DNA of 63,960 nt, filler included, from Dimargaris cristalligena (GCA_003614675.1; 2 parts of 2 records of this genome joined end to end with filler, not necessarily neighbours in it); one strand, 5' to 3'; shown: positions 51,566-63,960, counted from the whole stretch's first letter. The notes: generated by a model from the letters alone, not told the origin. Made by a program: numbers and translations.

Positions 51566-53031
51566 GAACATTAGACCTCCGATGGTTGGGAAATAAATGA
51601 CCATTTTTTTCATCAACGTATGTAACTTGATTGGGAGGTGGCCGGCTCTCTTTTCTGGTTGCTGTGAAGCCGACGCTGGTTATGCCCTGACTAAGTCCAT
51701 TAGTATGGGGTTGCTTTATTTCAATGACGAAGTTATATAGGTTGTCATTGGAACGGTCAAAGTAGTAGGTACTGAATTCAGGTACAACCTGTGGACGTAG
51801 GTAATGTTTAGGCCATGGAGATGTCACTGGTGCCGGTCGGAGTGTATTTCGTGACTGTGACAAAAACTGGACGCCTTGATCATATTAAATGATAGACGTC
51901 TGCTACGTAGGATACCCGGATTGGTAGCCTAATGGTAGGTGCTGGCTAGTCACTACCTAGTTAAGGTTAGCAATACACCATTTAATATATTGGTGGAGTT
52001 CAATATGCGTTATAACTACCTAACTGCAAAATCACCAAATGAGAAACTTCAAGTTCAGCTAATATCTTGGTCGAAATGGTTCGCGGATGAAAATGACAAT
52101 GATTTTATCAACTTATAATGTGAAGTATTGGGAGATTGCCCATCCAATGGGATAAAGCCACGTTACAGCAGACCTCACCCCCGAAAACCCAAGGAAACCA
52201 GTTCTAGAAAAATTATCTAATGGGTCTGATGATCTGCGTCTGTAAAGAGGTTAAAAAATTAACACGAGGGCACAGTATCCTCATCGTAAAATTGTGGTCT
52301 TGGTCAGACCAAAACCAGGGGCGGCATCACACCTGCTGCGGTCAAATGCAATAGAATAAAGGTTCCTGATTACAAACTCCACTCTTCTAAGATACAGAAG
52401 CGCGCGTGGGTTGAAGGTCCGGGGCGTATTCGATAAAGGACTGGGCCATTCACTTACTGAGGTTTGGTCAATTAGTTTCTGAGGCGTCACGAAGGAATTC
52501 TGCATAACGAAAATGGAGATATGCTGCACCAACGAGGCGGGAAATGAAACCAAATCCACGGGCCCCTATTGAATGGGATCCCGACCAATCAAAAGTGGCC
52601 ACGAGTACGACGGTTGATTTCTGTAGGAATATACCGTTATTGTAGGGTGGCATTGTATATTCGCTAATTGAGTGTATCAAGTTTTCCCCTTGGGAAATCT
52701 TCGACTCCTGAAAAAATAATCCTCCGATCGACAGCCAGCCTGCCACAACCAGGGGTAGCAAAACGACCTCAAAAAATATCACGTCGGAGCATCCAACTAT
52801 CCAGAGAAAAAAACCCCGATGTCCCGGAATAGGTGACCCTTCCAGACAACATAGTCCTATAAAACCCCACTATAATCACTCTCCTTCAGAAAGGAATGTG
52901 CTTCATCTGCATTATATACCCACCCTTGCATACCATTCATCCGCATCCCTAATATATTGAATCATAGCCGAACCTGTCATTTTCCCATCTACCAAAGCGT
53001 ATACCACGTTTCCTACTGTGTCACCTTTTCC

Positions 53032-54789
53032 ATGTTACACACGAGCCTTAACGACGTGCGACCCAGCGACAGCGAGAATAACACCGTTCTTGGCGAAGCA
53101 CTTGACTATTCGGCCGTCGACTTATGCCCGAAAGATAAACCGCTACCAGTTACCGACAGTGATGCCGACCCGACTCCATTAATCGCCAATTCCGATATTT
53201 CCGATGAAAAAGCGCTGGACGACCCACTAAGGGGTCCCCTTGAAGATGGCACCCAAGTCGAGTCCGGGGACCCGCCTCCCATAAGTGCGGCCAAACTCAC
53301 AGTGATTATGATTGGGCTCTGTCTTGGTTCCTTCCTGGCCTTCATCGACATGACCATTGTGGCCACGGCCTTGCCCGAAATCGGTTCCCAGCTGGGTGCA
53401 TTTAACGAAATCACCTGGGTGGCTTCATCGTATATGTTAACCACAACTGCGTTACAGCCCCTGTATGGCAAGTTTTCAGATATTTTCGGCCGGGTGCCCG
53501 CTATTCTTTTTGCCCTCGTTGTATTTCTGGTGGGCTGTGCCATTTGTGGGGCGGCCCAAAATATTATGACCCTTATTATCGCCCGCGGTTTAGCCGGTAT
53601 CGGGGGTGCTGGTTTAATATCTCTTAGTTTGATTGTCGTGTCGGACATTGTACCTCTGAACAAGCGCGCTTTATTTCTGGGGGCCTTTGGCGGCGTATTC
53701 GCCATCTCAAGTGTCATTGGCCCTCTAATCGGCGGGGCTTTCACCGATTATGTATCGTGGCGCTGGGTCTTCTATATCAACTTGCCCATCGGTGCGGTCA
53801 CTCTCCTGGTAATCATTTTCTTCCTGCGTATTCCCCAGCCCAAAGGGTCCATATTGATCAAACTGAGAAAGGTCGACTATTTGGGAACCATTCTTTTAGT
53901 CGCTGGCCTCGTCTTCCTTCTCTTGGCCATCATTTGGGGCGGCAAGGACTATCCCTGGAATGACAAGCGCATCATTTCGTTTTTCTGCGTCGGATTTGCC
54001 CTCATCATCTTATTTATCCTGGCCGAGATCTATGTGGCGACCGAACCCATCGTCCCCATGTCCCTGTTCCGCTACCGCAACATCAGCATTAGCTACATTA
54101 ATGGCGCGTTCCTCGGATTAGCCGCGAACGGCATCATCTTTTATATGCCCATTTACTTTAGTGTCGCCCTGGGTGATTCAGCGACGCAGGCTGGCATCAA
54201 ACTCCTGCCCTTTATGCTCGGTATGGTCGCTGGGATCACCGCGGGAGGTCTTTACATCAACAAAACCGGCCGTTGCCGTGAGATTGTCTGGGTCGGGAGT
54301 ATCATTGCTACAGTTGGCGCAGGTCTTTTAACGTCTTTGAATGTTAATACGACCATTGGCCATGTCGTTGGGTATCTTCTCATCATCGGGGTTGGCTTGG
54401 GGCTGAACCACCAGACCATGTTGGTAATCGCCCAGTCGACTGGCAAAGAATCCGAAGTAGCCATTATCACTGCGTGTCTCAACTTCTTCAACGTTATAGG
54501 GGGTACCCTAGGCGTGGCAATTTTTTCGGCTATCCTGAATAACGTCCTCAATGACCGACTCGCTCACATTCCCGGCCTCGATTTGGGGAAACTCGCCCAA
54601 GACCCCGCCGCTATCAATGATATGGGTGTGTCCGAGGACGCTCGTCACCAATTCACCGAAGCCTACGTGAAGGCCATCAGCTCCCTGTTTATACCCCTGA
54701 TCCCCATGATGGGTATTAAATTCATTCTCGCCCTCGGATACCAACATATCCCCCTGCGAACTGACCTTAAGGATGATGAGGAGGATTAA
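53032..54789 (+). CDS. MFS drug:H+ antiporter (DHA2, 14-TMS), copy 1, 585 aa
   Basis: DMTIVATALP, QPLYGKFSDIFGR, RGLAGIGG, WRWVFYINLPIG. ATG 53032 aligns with paralog starts. Confidence 0.95.
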   Translation: MLHTSLNDVRPSDSENNTVLGEALDYSAVDLCPKDKPLPVTDSDADPTPLIANSDISDEKALDDPLRGPLEDGTQVESGDPPPISAAKLTVIMIGLCLGSFLAFIDMTIVATALPEIGSQLGAFNEITWVASSYMLTTTALQPLYGKFSDIFGRVPAILFALVVFLVGCAICGAAQNIMTLIIARGLAGIGGAGLISLSLIVVSDIVPLNKRALFLGAFGGVFAISSVIGPLIGGAFTDYVSWRWVFYINLPIGAVTLLVIIFFLRIPQPKGSILIKLRKVDYLGTILLVAGLVFLLLAIIWGGKDYPWNDKRIISFFCVGFALIILFILAEIYVATEPIVPMSLFRYRNISISYINGAFLGLAANGIIFYMPIYFSVALGDSATQAGIKLLPFMLGMVAGITAGGLYINKTGRCREIVWVGSIIATVGAGLLTSLNVNTTIGHVVGYLLIIGVGLGLNHQTMLVIAQSTGKESEVAIITACLNFFNVIGGTLGVAIFSAILNNVLNDRLAHIPGLDLGKLAQDPAAINDMGVSEDARHQFTEAYVKAISSLFIPLIPMMGIKFILALGYQHIPLRTDLKDDEED

Positions 54790-56667
54790 ACCTCTACCAT
54801 CGAATCCTATATTTAATAGCAGATTTACCCCTGCATTTCCTTTAGTCTTTGGGCTATTGGATTCCCCTACCCGCCCTTCTTGTTAGGCCATATTCAAGAT
54901 GGTGTTAAATAATGGACCAGCCCTGTTGTTTTTTTCTAAAACAAATTATGCAATCCGGCCCTTTTCCCCATTAAATCCATGACTGGGGTCCCCAAAGTTA
55001 TGGTTTTTCCAATTGAAATATTACCCAATGCGTATTTTACCTCTCATATGTAGCATGTTTATTCAACGGTAACGCTATGTATACAAACCTACATTGAACC
55101 TTGGGAATGCCAAGAATTACGGTTTAATATTATGAGGGGCTATTCTTTCACCAGTTGAGTTGTAACAATTCACAGTCTATTTATTATCAGGTGCACCAGG
55201 GTATTTCAGTTAAAACCGTCCCTGTTTTATTGACAGAGGGAACATGAGAAATATTAGAGGTCTGATGGTTGGCAAGTCGGAATATGCGAAGGTCGAAAGG
55301 TGGACCTGCCAGCCAAACGTGGAGGCTTGGTGGGGAGGGGAATACTCATATGCAGGACTACTGGGTATGGCAAGTAAATTACTCGCCCCTTGTGCAGCGA
55401 ATGTATTAAATATTAGATTTGTACTAATTAATAGGGACCTACTGTCGAGTATCTCAATTACTTGCAATGCAACAGTTAAGCTGATGAATTCTACCGAAAA
55501 ATGAACGACGGGTCGAGCGGCTGTGTTGGCTGCCTGGGCAATTTCCTACGCCTTGCCTTCTCCCGCTCACCCTTGCATTGTAATTAATGATACAGTGGCC
55601 CCGTAAATGGGAGGTGGCCGGACATTTCTTGATGGGCTGCAGAGGCGGAGTGAAAGAACAGGATTCACTCCGCACAATATCCTCCTTTTACCTTTTTCGC
55701 TAATTTAGAAACTGACCAAGTGGCCTGCCTCCGCAGCCATATTGACACTACTTACACACTCCGTAGAAGATGATGGTCGACGACCGATTGGCAGATTCGC
55801 GCCAGAGTTTCACTGCAAATCACCTGGGTCTATATTAGTAAGCAACTGGTATGCCCAGTTTAGAAGAAAAGAAGGTTAGGCTTCTAATGGCTATAGTGTA
55901 TTAGAGGGTATTTATTTTGTTGTTTATCAATAAATCCACACCGGATCCACCAATAAACGGCCTGGCATGACTTCCAGTTCTCCAAATCAGATTGATTCAG
56001 TATTAAGTCTTTGTCACGGGTATCAGGTTTAATATCGGAGATCAATGACCGCGAACTCCTTAGCTCCGCAGTCAAACAAAAACCTTGAAAGAGAAGATCC
56101 ACACTACCGGCCGAGTTCCCGGGTGTTTACCTGTTTGGCTGCACCCCCTGCCCATTGGCTGTCGGCCACGGGTCTGAAAGTGGGTCGCGACGACAGTCAA
56201 TTGATCTGTACGGTACCACTGTTCACAGGTAGCCCAAAGGGCTATAATATTCACACTCACCACTATCCTAGGACGCACCCAGACGGAATCTACCGGATGG
56301 CCGGCAAACACGCACTGGGAAAAATATAGACACCCTCCCACCCCGTTAAGGAATGTGGTGGCCGGCAGTGGCCTGATTAGTCAGCCGAATGTGCTGGTGA
56401 TTAAGTGTGCGGACTTTTGACGGCTACCATCTTCAACGGATTTGGCAGAAAAGGAGGAGCCGTTTGAGCGATTTACATCTTGGTTCAACACATAAATACT
56501 GCCCCTAACCGCCCTCTCAATATAAATATGACTTACTAGATCACTATTTAGACCCTACCTAAAAGCCAGTCGTTCTTCCTTATTTATTTATTTGTAGTAC
56601 CCTAGACCTATTTATTACACCGTGTAAGAATTGTACTGGTCCCATTTTTATCAGCGTTAATCTCACC

Positions 56668-58408
56668 ATGACATACACCGGTCTGGCCAATGCCCGGACC
56701 AGCAACAGCGAGAACAATACCGTTCTCGGGGAAAGCCCGGAGCATGCGGCCTTCAACCTGAATCCGCTAACCCGGTCGCCCACTATCACCAGTACTGACC
56801 CCACCCCCCTATTTAAGGCGGCGGACCCACAGGGTGAAAAGCTCCCGCCGCTGGAGCTTGAGGGCAGTTCGCCCCTCGACGCCGAGGAACCTCCCCCGAT
56901 TAGTATGAAGAAACTAATCGTCATTATGATTGGTCTGTGTCTCGGTACTTTTCTGGCCTTTATCGACCTGACCATTGTGGCCACGGCCTTGCCCGAGATT
57001 GGTACGCAGCTCAATGCCTTTGACGAAATTACCTGGGTGGCTTCATCATATATGTTGACGGCCACTGCCCTGCAGCCCCTGTACGGCAAATTTTCGGATA
57101 TTTTCGGACGGGTGCCCGTTATCCTGTTCGCTCTGGTCGTCTTCATGGTCGGCTGTGCCATCTGCGGGGCGGCCCAGAATATCATGACCCTTATTATCGC
57201 CCGCGGTTTGGCCGGTATCGGCGGCGCCGGTTTAATATCTCTCAGCATGATTATCGTATCTGATATTGTGCCCCTTAATAAGCGCGCGTTGTTCCTGGGT
57301 ATCTTCGGGGGTATATTCGCTATTGCTAGTATCGCCGGGCCCCTACTCGGTGGTGCTTTTACCGACTACGTGTCGTGGCGCTGGGTCTTTTACATCAATC
57401 TGCCCATTGGCGCAGTCACACTTCTAGTGGTTATTTTCTTCCTGCGCATTCCCCATCCCAAAGGCTCTATGCTGGCCAAGTTACGCAAAATTGACTACCT
57501 GGGCACTTTCCTTTTGGTGGCCGGTATTGTTTTCATCCTTTTAGCTATTTTGTGGGGCGGCAAAGACTACCCTTGGGACGATAAGCGCATCATTGCCTTT
57601 TTCTGCGTTGGGTTCATTCTCATCATTTTTTTTGTTTTAGCGGAGATTTACGTTGTACCTGAACCCATCATCCCCATGACCTTGTTCCGTAGCCGGAATG
57701 TCTGCATTAGCTATGTCAACACCCTGCTCCTTGGAATAGCCGTATTGGGTGTCATCTTTTATTTACCTATTTATTTCAGTGTGGTTCGCGGGGATTCCGC
57801 CACCCAGGCCGGTATCAAACTCCTGCCCTTCATGCTCGGGATGGTTGCTGGGATTGCCGTCTCGGGGGTTTATATCAACAAAACCGGTCGGTGTCGGGAG
57901 ATGGTCTGGGTCGGGAGTGTAATCGCCACCGTTGGTGCTGGTCTCATGACTACCCTGAGCGTCGACTTATCCATTGGCCATATTATCGGATATCTGCTTA
58001 TTTTAGGGATAGGCCTAGGGTTCAGTTTCCAAACCATGCTGATGATTGGCCAGTCGGCCGCTGAGGAATCGGAAGTTGCCGTGGTTACGGCCTGCTACAA
58101 TTTCTTCAACGTCATTAGGGGGTACCCTAGGGGTGGCCATTTTCGCCGCCATTATGAACAACGTTCTAAATACCCGCCTGGCCCTCATTCCTGGTCTTGA
58201 TTTAGCCACGTTGGCTGCCTCGCCGTCCGCCATCAACACTATGGACGTGACCGACGATGCCCGTCACCAGTTTATGGAGGCCTACGTGAAGGCCATCAGC
58301 ACCTCATTCATCCCTCTTATTCCGATGATGGGTGTAACGTTTCTCCTCTCACTAGGTTACAAACACGTCCCACTAAGAAAAGACTTGACCGGGGGTGCCC
58401 ACGGCTAA
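56668..58408 (+). pseudogene. MFS DHA2 transporter copy 2 with a 1-nt frameshift near 58115-58117
   Basis: ORFs 56668-58200 and 58046-58408 together match full-length copies 1 and 3. Sequence aacgtcATTAgggggtacc versus copy 1 aacgttATAgggggtacc. Confidence 0.8.
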
Positions 58409-60046
58409 TTCATACCCTACCCATTATCGTATTTACATATTAGAACACCAATAAAATTAATAGACGAAGTGAGGTGCTTGCGGGTTCGAAATGAGAGCCA
58501 AAACTTATGGAATGGAGGGAAAAGATGCCCTAAATAAGTGAATTTGGATGTAATTACATGGTGTATAAAAAATATGGCGGTCGACTCGTTGTAGGAAACG
58601 TACAAGTATTTGGGATAGGGGTGTACAGCCTACTTTTCCCCAATATACAATGCCTGAATTTCATTTTCCTTGAGTATCAATAGGTATTTAGTCATTCCAC
58701 GTCGGCTCGCTACACAGCGGTCATCTTTTTTGTCCTGCATGGCCCATTCGTGTGTAGAAAGGTGCGCCAGTTTTGATGATTATAGTACAAGGAAATACCC
58801 GCTGCTGAATCGCCATTAATATGTATGTGGTTTTTTCAAGAACACTACGTTTGTTGCTCAGGGAGAAAGGACCCGAGTGAGGGAAATAGGGTAGAGTGTA
58901 AAGTTTCGTAAGCTAGGATCCAGCTAACTCTCCGAGTAGTTTGAACCGGTTAATGGGCGTGACTATCGGCTTTATATATGTTATTCGCTATATATTGTGA
59001 GGTTAGAATAAGTGTATACCTGCATAGGAAGGCTTGCTCAACTGTATACAGGGGGATGCTTTGAAGTTCAAGAAAAGCATGTTGTTAAAGACTCGACCCC
59101 TCTCACAATAATGGTTGGTTTTAGTAATCCCACCGCATAAATGACACTTACATATTTGTACTAGCCACGCCGAATCATATATCATCAGATAAATACTCAA
59201 TTGAATTGTATATTTGACGATATAGTAGTGCTGCGCGTTTTATTGTCAAGGGATATCGACATTTTTATTAATGTTTTTACCACCTGAATCACCAGGCCTA
59301 TCTCAAATAACCCCTATTTTAAATCATATAATTTTTAGCCACTGTCTACCAAGCGCTGATGCTTCCAAATGTAATTGTGCGCAACTCTCACACCAGCACG
59401 ACCAGACCCTTCGAATATGACGAATGAAATTATGCCACCTGTCAAAAGATTGTCCACCTTGCTCCGGTTGATTTCCCTCAGCGCTTTGGTCCTACTAATG
59501 ATCACAGCCTACCATTTATAGATACTAGCATATCGAATTGAGCGTATAAAATGTGGTGCACGGTATACATCCTATCTCCCATTGGCTGTATACCCAACCA
59601 ATTAAAAATGACCACGGGTCCAGAAGCAGATATTCCCCAATTTGGCTTGGGTGGCGGGCCTGTTTTGTAAAAATAAATCTTAGTTATAGTACTATTCTGC
59701 CGGCGCGTGCTGTACACTGGTCGAAATAAATCAGGTAATTCACTGCGGTAAAGTGAGGGAAATATTATATCCCTCAAGCCGGGGGGTAGCCCAACAGTCG
59801 GGTCTATTGTGAATTGGAGATGGAGAGAGTCTATCAGTAGAGTCGGCGGACGTATAGTGAGGGGATATAGCCCTAGAGGCCCATTCGCCAACCTGGCCTA
59901 CAAATATAGCTTATCGCCCTGTCCCATGAAAATTAGGGTCCCCTGCATCCACTCCCCTGGTATATAACGGCCATTGTTATATGTGATATTTACCTGCTTA
60001 ATTTATTTTCCCTCCTTTTCTATAACTGTAAGTTCTGGCCAGCGCC

Positions 60047-61756
60047 ATGGCTTACTCCAGCGTCAATAATGTCGAGCCTGGTGACAGCGAGAATAGCACT
60101 GTTCGGACGGGAAGTCCGGCATACCTAGTTACCGACATGAAACTCGAAGCCGATGGTGACCCCACGCGTTTTATCGCCACCCCAGAGGCAACAAGCGAAA
60201 AGCCACCCCCGGATCTCGAGGGCAGCCCGCTCGAAATCCCTCTCAACAACCCCGGTGAACCCCCCCCAATGAGTACCGGCAAGCTCATCATCATTATGAT
60301 TGGACTGTGTTTGGGCACATTTCTGGCTTTTGTGGATATCACCATCGTGGCCACGGCTTTACCTATCATCGGCGCCCAGCTCCGGGCCTTCTATGAAATT
60401 ACGTGGGTCACAACGTCCTATCTGCTAACTTCCACCGCGTTGCGACCACTGTACGGCAAATTCTCGGATATTTTCGGCCGCGTACCCGTAATTCTGTTCG
60501 CCCTCGTCACCTTTTTGGTCGGCTGTGCCATTTGCGGAGCGGCCCAGAATATTATGATGCTCATTATTGCGCGTGGGCTGGCCGGTATCGGTGGGGCTGG
60601 GCTGGTGTCCCTCAGCTACATTATCATTTCCGATATGGTTCCTCTGGACAGGCGGGCACTCTTCTTAGGGGCCTTTAGCGCCATGTTTGCCATCGCTAGT
60701 ATTGCTGGGCCCCTACTCGGAGGGGTCTTCGCTGACTACGTGTCCTGGCGCTGGGTCTTCTATATCAACTTACCCATCGGCGCCGTAACGCTTCTCGTGA
60801 TTCTATTTGCCATACGTATGCCCTACCCCAAAGGATCCATACTAAACAAATTGGGCAAAATCGACTACTTGGGCACGTTCCTCCTAGTGGCGGGCACCAC
60901 CTTCGTCCTCCTGGCTATTCTGTGGGGCGGCAAGGACTATCCCTGGAACGACAAGCGCATCATATCCTTCTTCTGTGTCGGGTTCGCTCTTATAATTTTG
61001 TTTATATTGGCCGAAATGTTCATTGTAGCCGAGCCTGTCGTTCCCATGTCTTTATTTCGCTACCGCAACATCTACATTAGCTTCACCGGCGTGTTCTTCT
61101 TAGGAGTTGCCATCATGGGTACCGTTTTCTACCTGCCCATTTTCTTTAATGTGGTGCACAACGACTCGGCAACAATGGCGGGGGTCAAACTACTTCCCTT
61201 TATGCTTAGTATGGTCGCAGGTAACTTTATCAGCGCCGCCCTCATCCAAAAGTCCGGCCGCTGCCGGGAAATCGTCTGGGTCGGAACGGTTATTGCCACG
61301 GTGGGAGCCGGTTTGCTGACCACCCTGAGCCGAGACTCTAGTGTCGGACACGAAGTCGGTTACACCTTAATTTTCGGACTGGGTATGGGCCTTTATTTCC
61401 AGACGATGCTGATGATTTGCCAGTCCACCGCCGAAGCGTCCGAAGTGGCCATCGTCACCGCTTGCTACAATTTCTTCGAAGCCATCGGTGCGACGCTGGG
61501 TTTGGCGATTATTTCGGCCATTATGAACAACGTTTTGACTACTCGGCTCGCTCTTATTCCAGGCCTCGACCTGGCCGCCCTTAGTGCTTCGCCAGCTGAT
61601 ATTTACACCATGGACGTGTCGGAAGAAACCCGCAGTCAATTCATTGATGCGTATGTCAAGGCCATCAGCACTGCACTCATCCCCGTCATCCCAATGATGG
61701 GTGTTACATTCCTCCTCTCGCTTGCTTATAAGCACATTCCACTGCAAAGCAAATAG
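60047..61756 (+). CDS. MFS drug:H+ antiporter (DHA2, 14-TMS), copy 3, 569 aa
   Basis: Same motifs as copy 1, intact intronless ORF. Confidence 0.95.
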   Translation: MAYSSVNNVEPGDSENSTVRTGSPAYLVTDMKLEADGDPTRFIATPEATSEKPPPDLEGSPLEIPLNNPGEPPPMSTGKLIIIMIGLCLGTFLAFVDITIVATALPIIGAQLRAFYEITWVTTSYLLTSTALRPLYGKFSDIFGRVPVILFALVTFLVGCAICGAAQNIMMLIIARGLAGIGGAGLVSLSYIIISDMVPLDRRALFLGAFSAMFAIASIAGPLLGGVFADYVSWRWVFYINLPIGAVTLLVILFAIRMPYPKGSILNKLGKIDYLGTFLLVAGTTFVLLAILWGGKDYPWNDKRIISFFCVGFALIILFILAEMFIVAEPVVPMSLFRYRNIYISFTGVFFLGVAIMGTVFYLPIFFNVVHNDSATMAGVKLLPFMLSMVAGNFISAALIQKSGRCREIVWVGTVIATVGAGLLTTLSRDSSVGHEVGYTLIFGLGMGLYFQTMLMICQSTAEASEVAIVTACYNFFEAIGATLGLAIISAIMNNVLTTRLALIPGLDLAALSASPADIYTMDVSEETRSQFIDAYVKAISTALIPVIPMMGVTFLLSLAYKHIPLQSK

Positions 61757-62097
61757 AGCGACGGTCCTGGGGCTGTACTGCCGTTTGGTCCACTCTTTTG
61801 CAACGATTTCAATGAGCACTCGCACTTTTATGGGTCAAAGTGCGCATCTTAATTATTATTTAATTTCAATGATCCGGCATTCCCTAACCCTTCGGTGGTC
61901 AGAATGATTAAAGTAAAACAATGTATTTCTTTTTGGATATTTTATAGTGGATTAAGAGAAATTATCATGACATTTTTCCCAGTAAAATAAATTTAGCTGC
62001 AATATCAAGAGTCGCCAGCGATTGAAAAGATGTTTCGCTTTAAAGTATCTTACAATTCACTTAGGGTGAATAAAGTGTAGTCAACAATTCAGTGAAA

Positions 62098-62700
62098 TTA
62101 TATGAGGACAGCCAGGGCCAAAGCCAGGGGGGCAAGGTACATGGGAGTCAAGTGGGAGGCACTGCTACTGCTGTCCTCATTAGTCTCGGTGGCCTGGCCC
62201 CCATCATCGGCACCAGCACTAGCACTGACCCGGGCAGTGGCAGATTGGGTCTTACTCGATCCATTGTACGTTATCGCCTGCGGGGCTTGCACCGAACCGC
62301 CAGCGGACACTATACCAGCTGCCGTAACGGTAGCCTTCGCCGTGGTGGTGGGTGCCGCGGAATCGACGTAATCTTCATCGTAGTGTTTGAAGCTGTAATT
62401 GGAGAGATCGAAGGCCTGGTGGTTGATACTGGCCTTGGTACAGAGGAAGAAGCAGTTGTAACGCTGGTCCTTCTCTAACATGGGCACATTGAACCGGTTA
62501 TCGGGGTAGCAGGTTTTGGCGCAACGGTTGAAGTCATCCGAGTCGATACCGGGGCAGTCTTGCATGCACGTGGCTTTGTCGTCGAGGCAGGTTTGGCTAA
62601 GCATCCGACAACCATCGGCGGCCGAAGCTTCGGACGCCTGGAGGAGAAAATGAGCGGCGATGAGCCCGCAGAAGGAGAGGTTGGCTAGGAAATTTACCAT
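62098..62700 (-). CDS. Cys-rich secreted, probably GPI-anchored surface protein, 200 aa
   Basis: Signal peptide from ATG 62700, 8-Cys domain, Ser/Thr/Ala stalk, small-residue omega region (SSSSAS) and terminal hydrophobic tail YLAPLALALAVLI. Confidence 0.85.
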   Translation of the reverse strand: MVNFLANLSFCGLIAAHFLLQASEASAADGCRMLSQTCLDDKATCMQDCPGIDSDDFNRCAKTCYPDNRFNVPMLEKDQRYNCFFLCTKASINHQAFDLSNYSFKHYDEDYVDSAAPTTTAKATVTAAGIVSAGGSVQAPQAITYNGSSKTQSATARVSASAGADDGGQATETNEDSSSSASHLTPMYLAPLALALAVLI

Positions 62701-63960
62701 ATTGGTTTGGGGGATAAAGCAATAGGGCCGTCTGGTTAGTTGAAAGTGGCGATGAACACGCCTAGAAATAGGGCTTTTAAAATGACCGTTAGAAGGGGCA
62801 AAACAAATAATTGAGCTAATAATGGAAAAGAGGAGTTGGGTTGAAGTCCAGGGAGGGGGTACCCAAATATATATTCGCTGTTCAATAGAGCCGGCTCTAC
62901 TTAGAGCCGAAAACTGTACCTGGCAAGAACTTAGCACGATATCCCCTTATGGGCACTAGGCTAGCTCTGCTAATAGAAGATGTCCTATAGTAAGTATAAT
63001 TCCAGCTACTCCTCCTGCTGTTCAGTTGAGTCGCGAGGATCGGCGTGATGGGAGAATGAGGAGAACCAATCACCAGAAACCGAGTTTTGTGTTTATTAAA
63101 CTGCTTATTGGATAACTTCCAACTTCCGCTGTGATTAACAACAGCAGACCTTCATATTGTTACGTTTGGTTGAGGTGGACTAGTATTTAAGGGAGCCGAG
63201 TAGGGCATGAGGTTTTTAAGATATATATGATCATTTTATTAGAACATAAAGAACCCATGTTATGACGAGTTAACCCTTATTTTATACTCTGGGCACGTTA
63301 GTATTGATGGTAAGTCTTGTAACTGTTCGCTCCCCACTTGGCGGTGCACTCTCACTGAGGGAGTCAGGAGACCCCTCTGGTTCAGGAGGACTGATTCCCT
63401 CTGATGGTTGCAATATGAGGGAGGATCATCCCTCCTCATCCTACTGGGATAGGCTTACCTTGGGTATGCTTCCACTATACATTACTCCAGCATCACATGT
63501 ATGTCGAACTCCAAGGCAAACTATGGGATGCGATAATTTTTTTACAAGGGATACTATTAAGGACCAGAGATGAGAGACATCGACGTATTGTTTTGCCTCA
63601 TTGCAATAAAAATGTGGGAGATAAAATCAGGTAGCGTAACAAATCAATCCGATGGGTGAGACAGGTATTATTGGTTCTGTTACGGCCCGCTCAACCAATG
63701 GTGACATTAGTGTGGCAACCAGTGAGACAGGAGGATTTGCCCGCCGCTAATTATCAAAACTAAGTGCCCCCGCGCCCCCCTTTGCTCTGGGAAGCTCTTT
63801 CCCTTCCCTTTACGTTCTACATAATTAACTATTCCTATACTTATCTATACCTATATTTCGGTCTGCCCATCTAGACTGACTGATACGTAACAGTTCAACA
63901 TATGGGAGAAATTCAAACTAGCTGTATAAGGTTTTACATAATACGTGTATGGGCGAATAT

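Noticed and set aside
51543-52782. Three ~100-codon minus-strand ORFs between the orphan gene and MFS copy 1
   Set aside because: Non-ATG starts, no convincing splice linkage or homology.
53106-57248. Long antisense ORFs similar to each other (53106-53744, 56580-57248)
   Set aside because: Shadows of the paralogous MFS coding strands.

Overview
Eukaryotic, intron-containing fungal DNA. Gene content (DONSON, TMEM70-like, standalone URA4) suggests an early-diverging fungus, possibly Zoopagomycota; this is an inference. An artificial 100-bp linker (N44-TTAATTAATTAA-N44, 31995-32094) joins two segments whose adjacency is not established. Left segment: a strongly CpG-depleted degenerate block (1-~1490), SDH3, two hypothetical genes, a Yap-like bZIP gene with ~8.4 kb of non-coding upstream DNA, URA4/PLP2, a small secreted protein, and a head-to-head DONSON/UBE2C pair. 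Right segment: a secreted K/P/S/T-rich ORF broken by one in-frame TAA, FMT1/transcriptional cyclin, TMEM70-like/mitochondrial STI1-like pair, GH47 mannosidase/RPB4, an orphan protein, three tandem DHA2 MFS transporters (middle one frameshifted) and a Cys-rich GPI-type protein. Exon models were built by hand from GT..AG sites with phase checks. The best leads are a fungal DONSON (a replication-initiation factor absent from yeasts) that keeps NPF but lacks PGY, its shared promoter with UBE2C carrying forkhead/E2F/CCAAT/CHR-like motifs, and direct sequence evidence of CpG-deamination mutagenesis at the left end. No rRNA, tRNA or CRISPR array was recognised.
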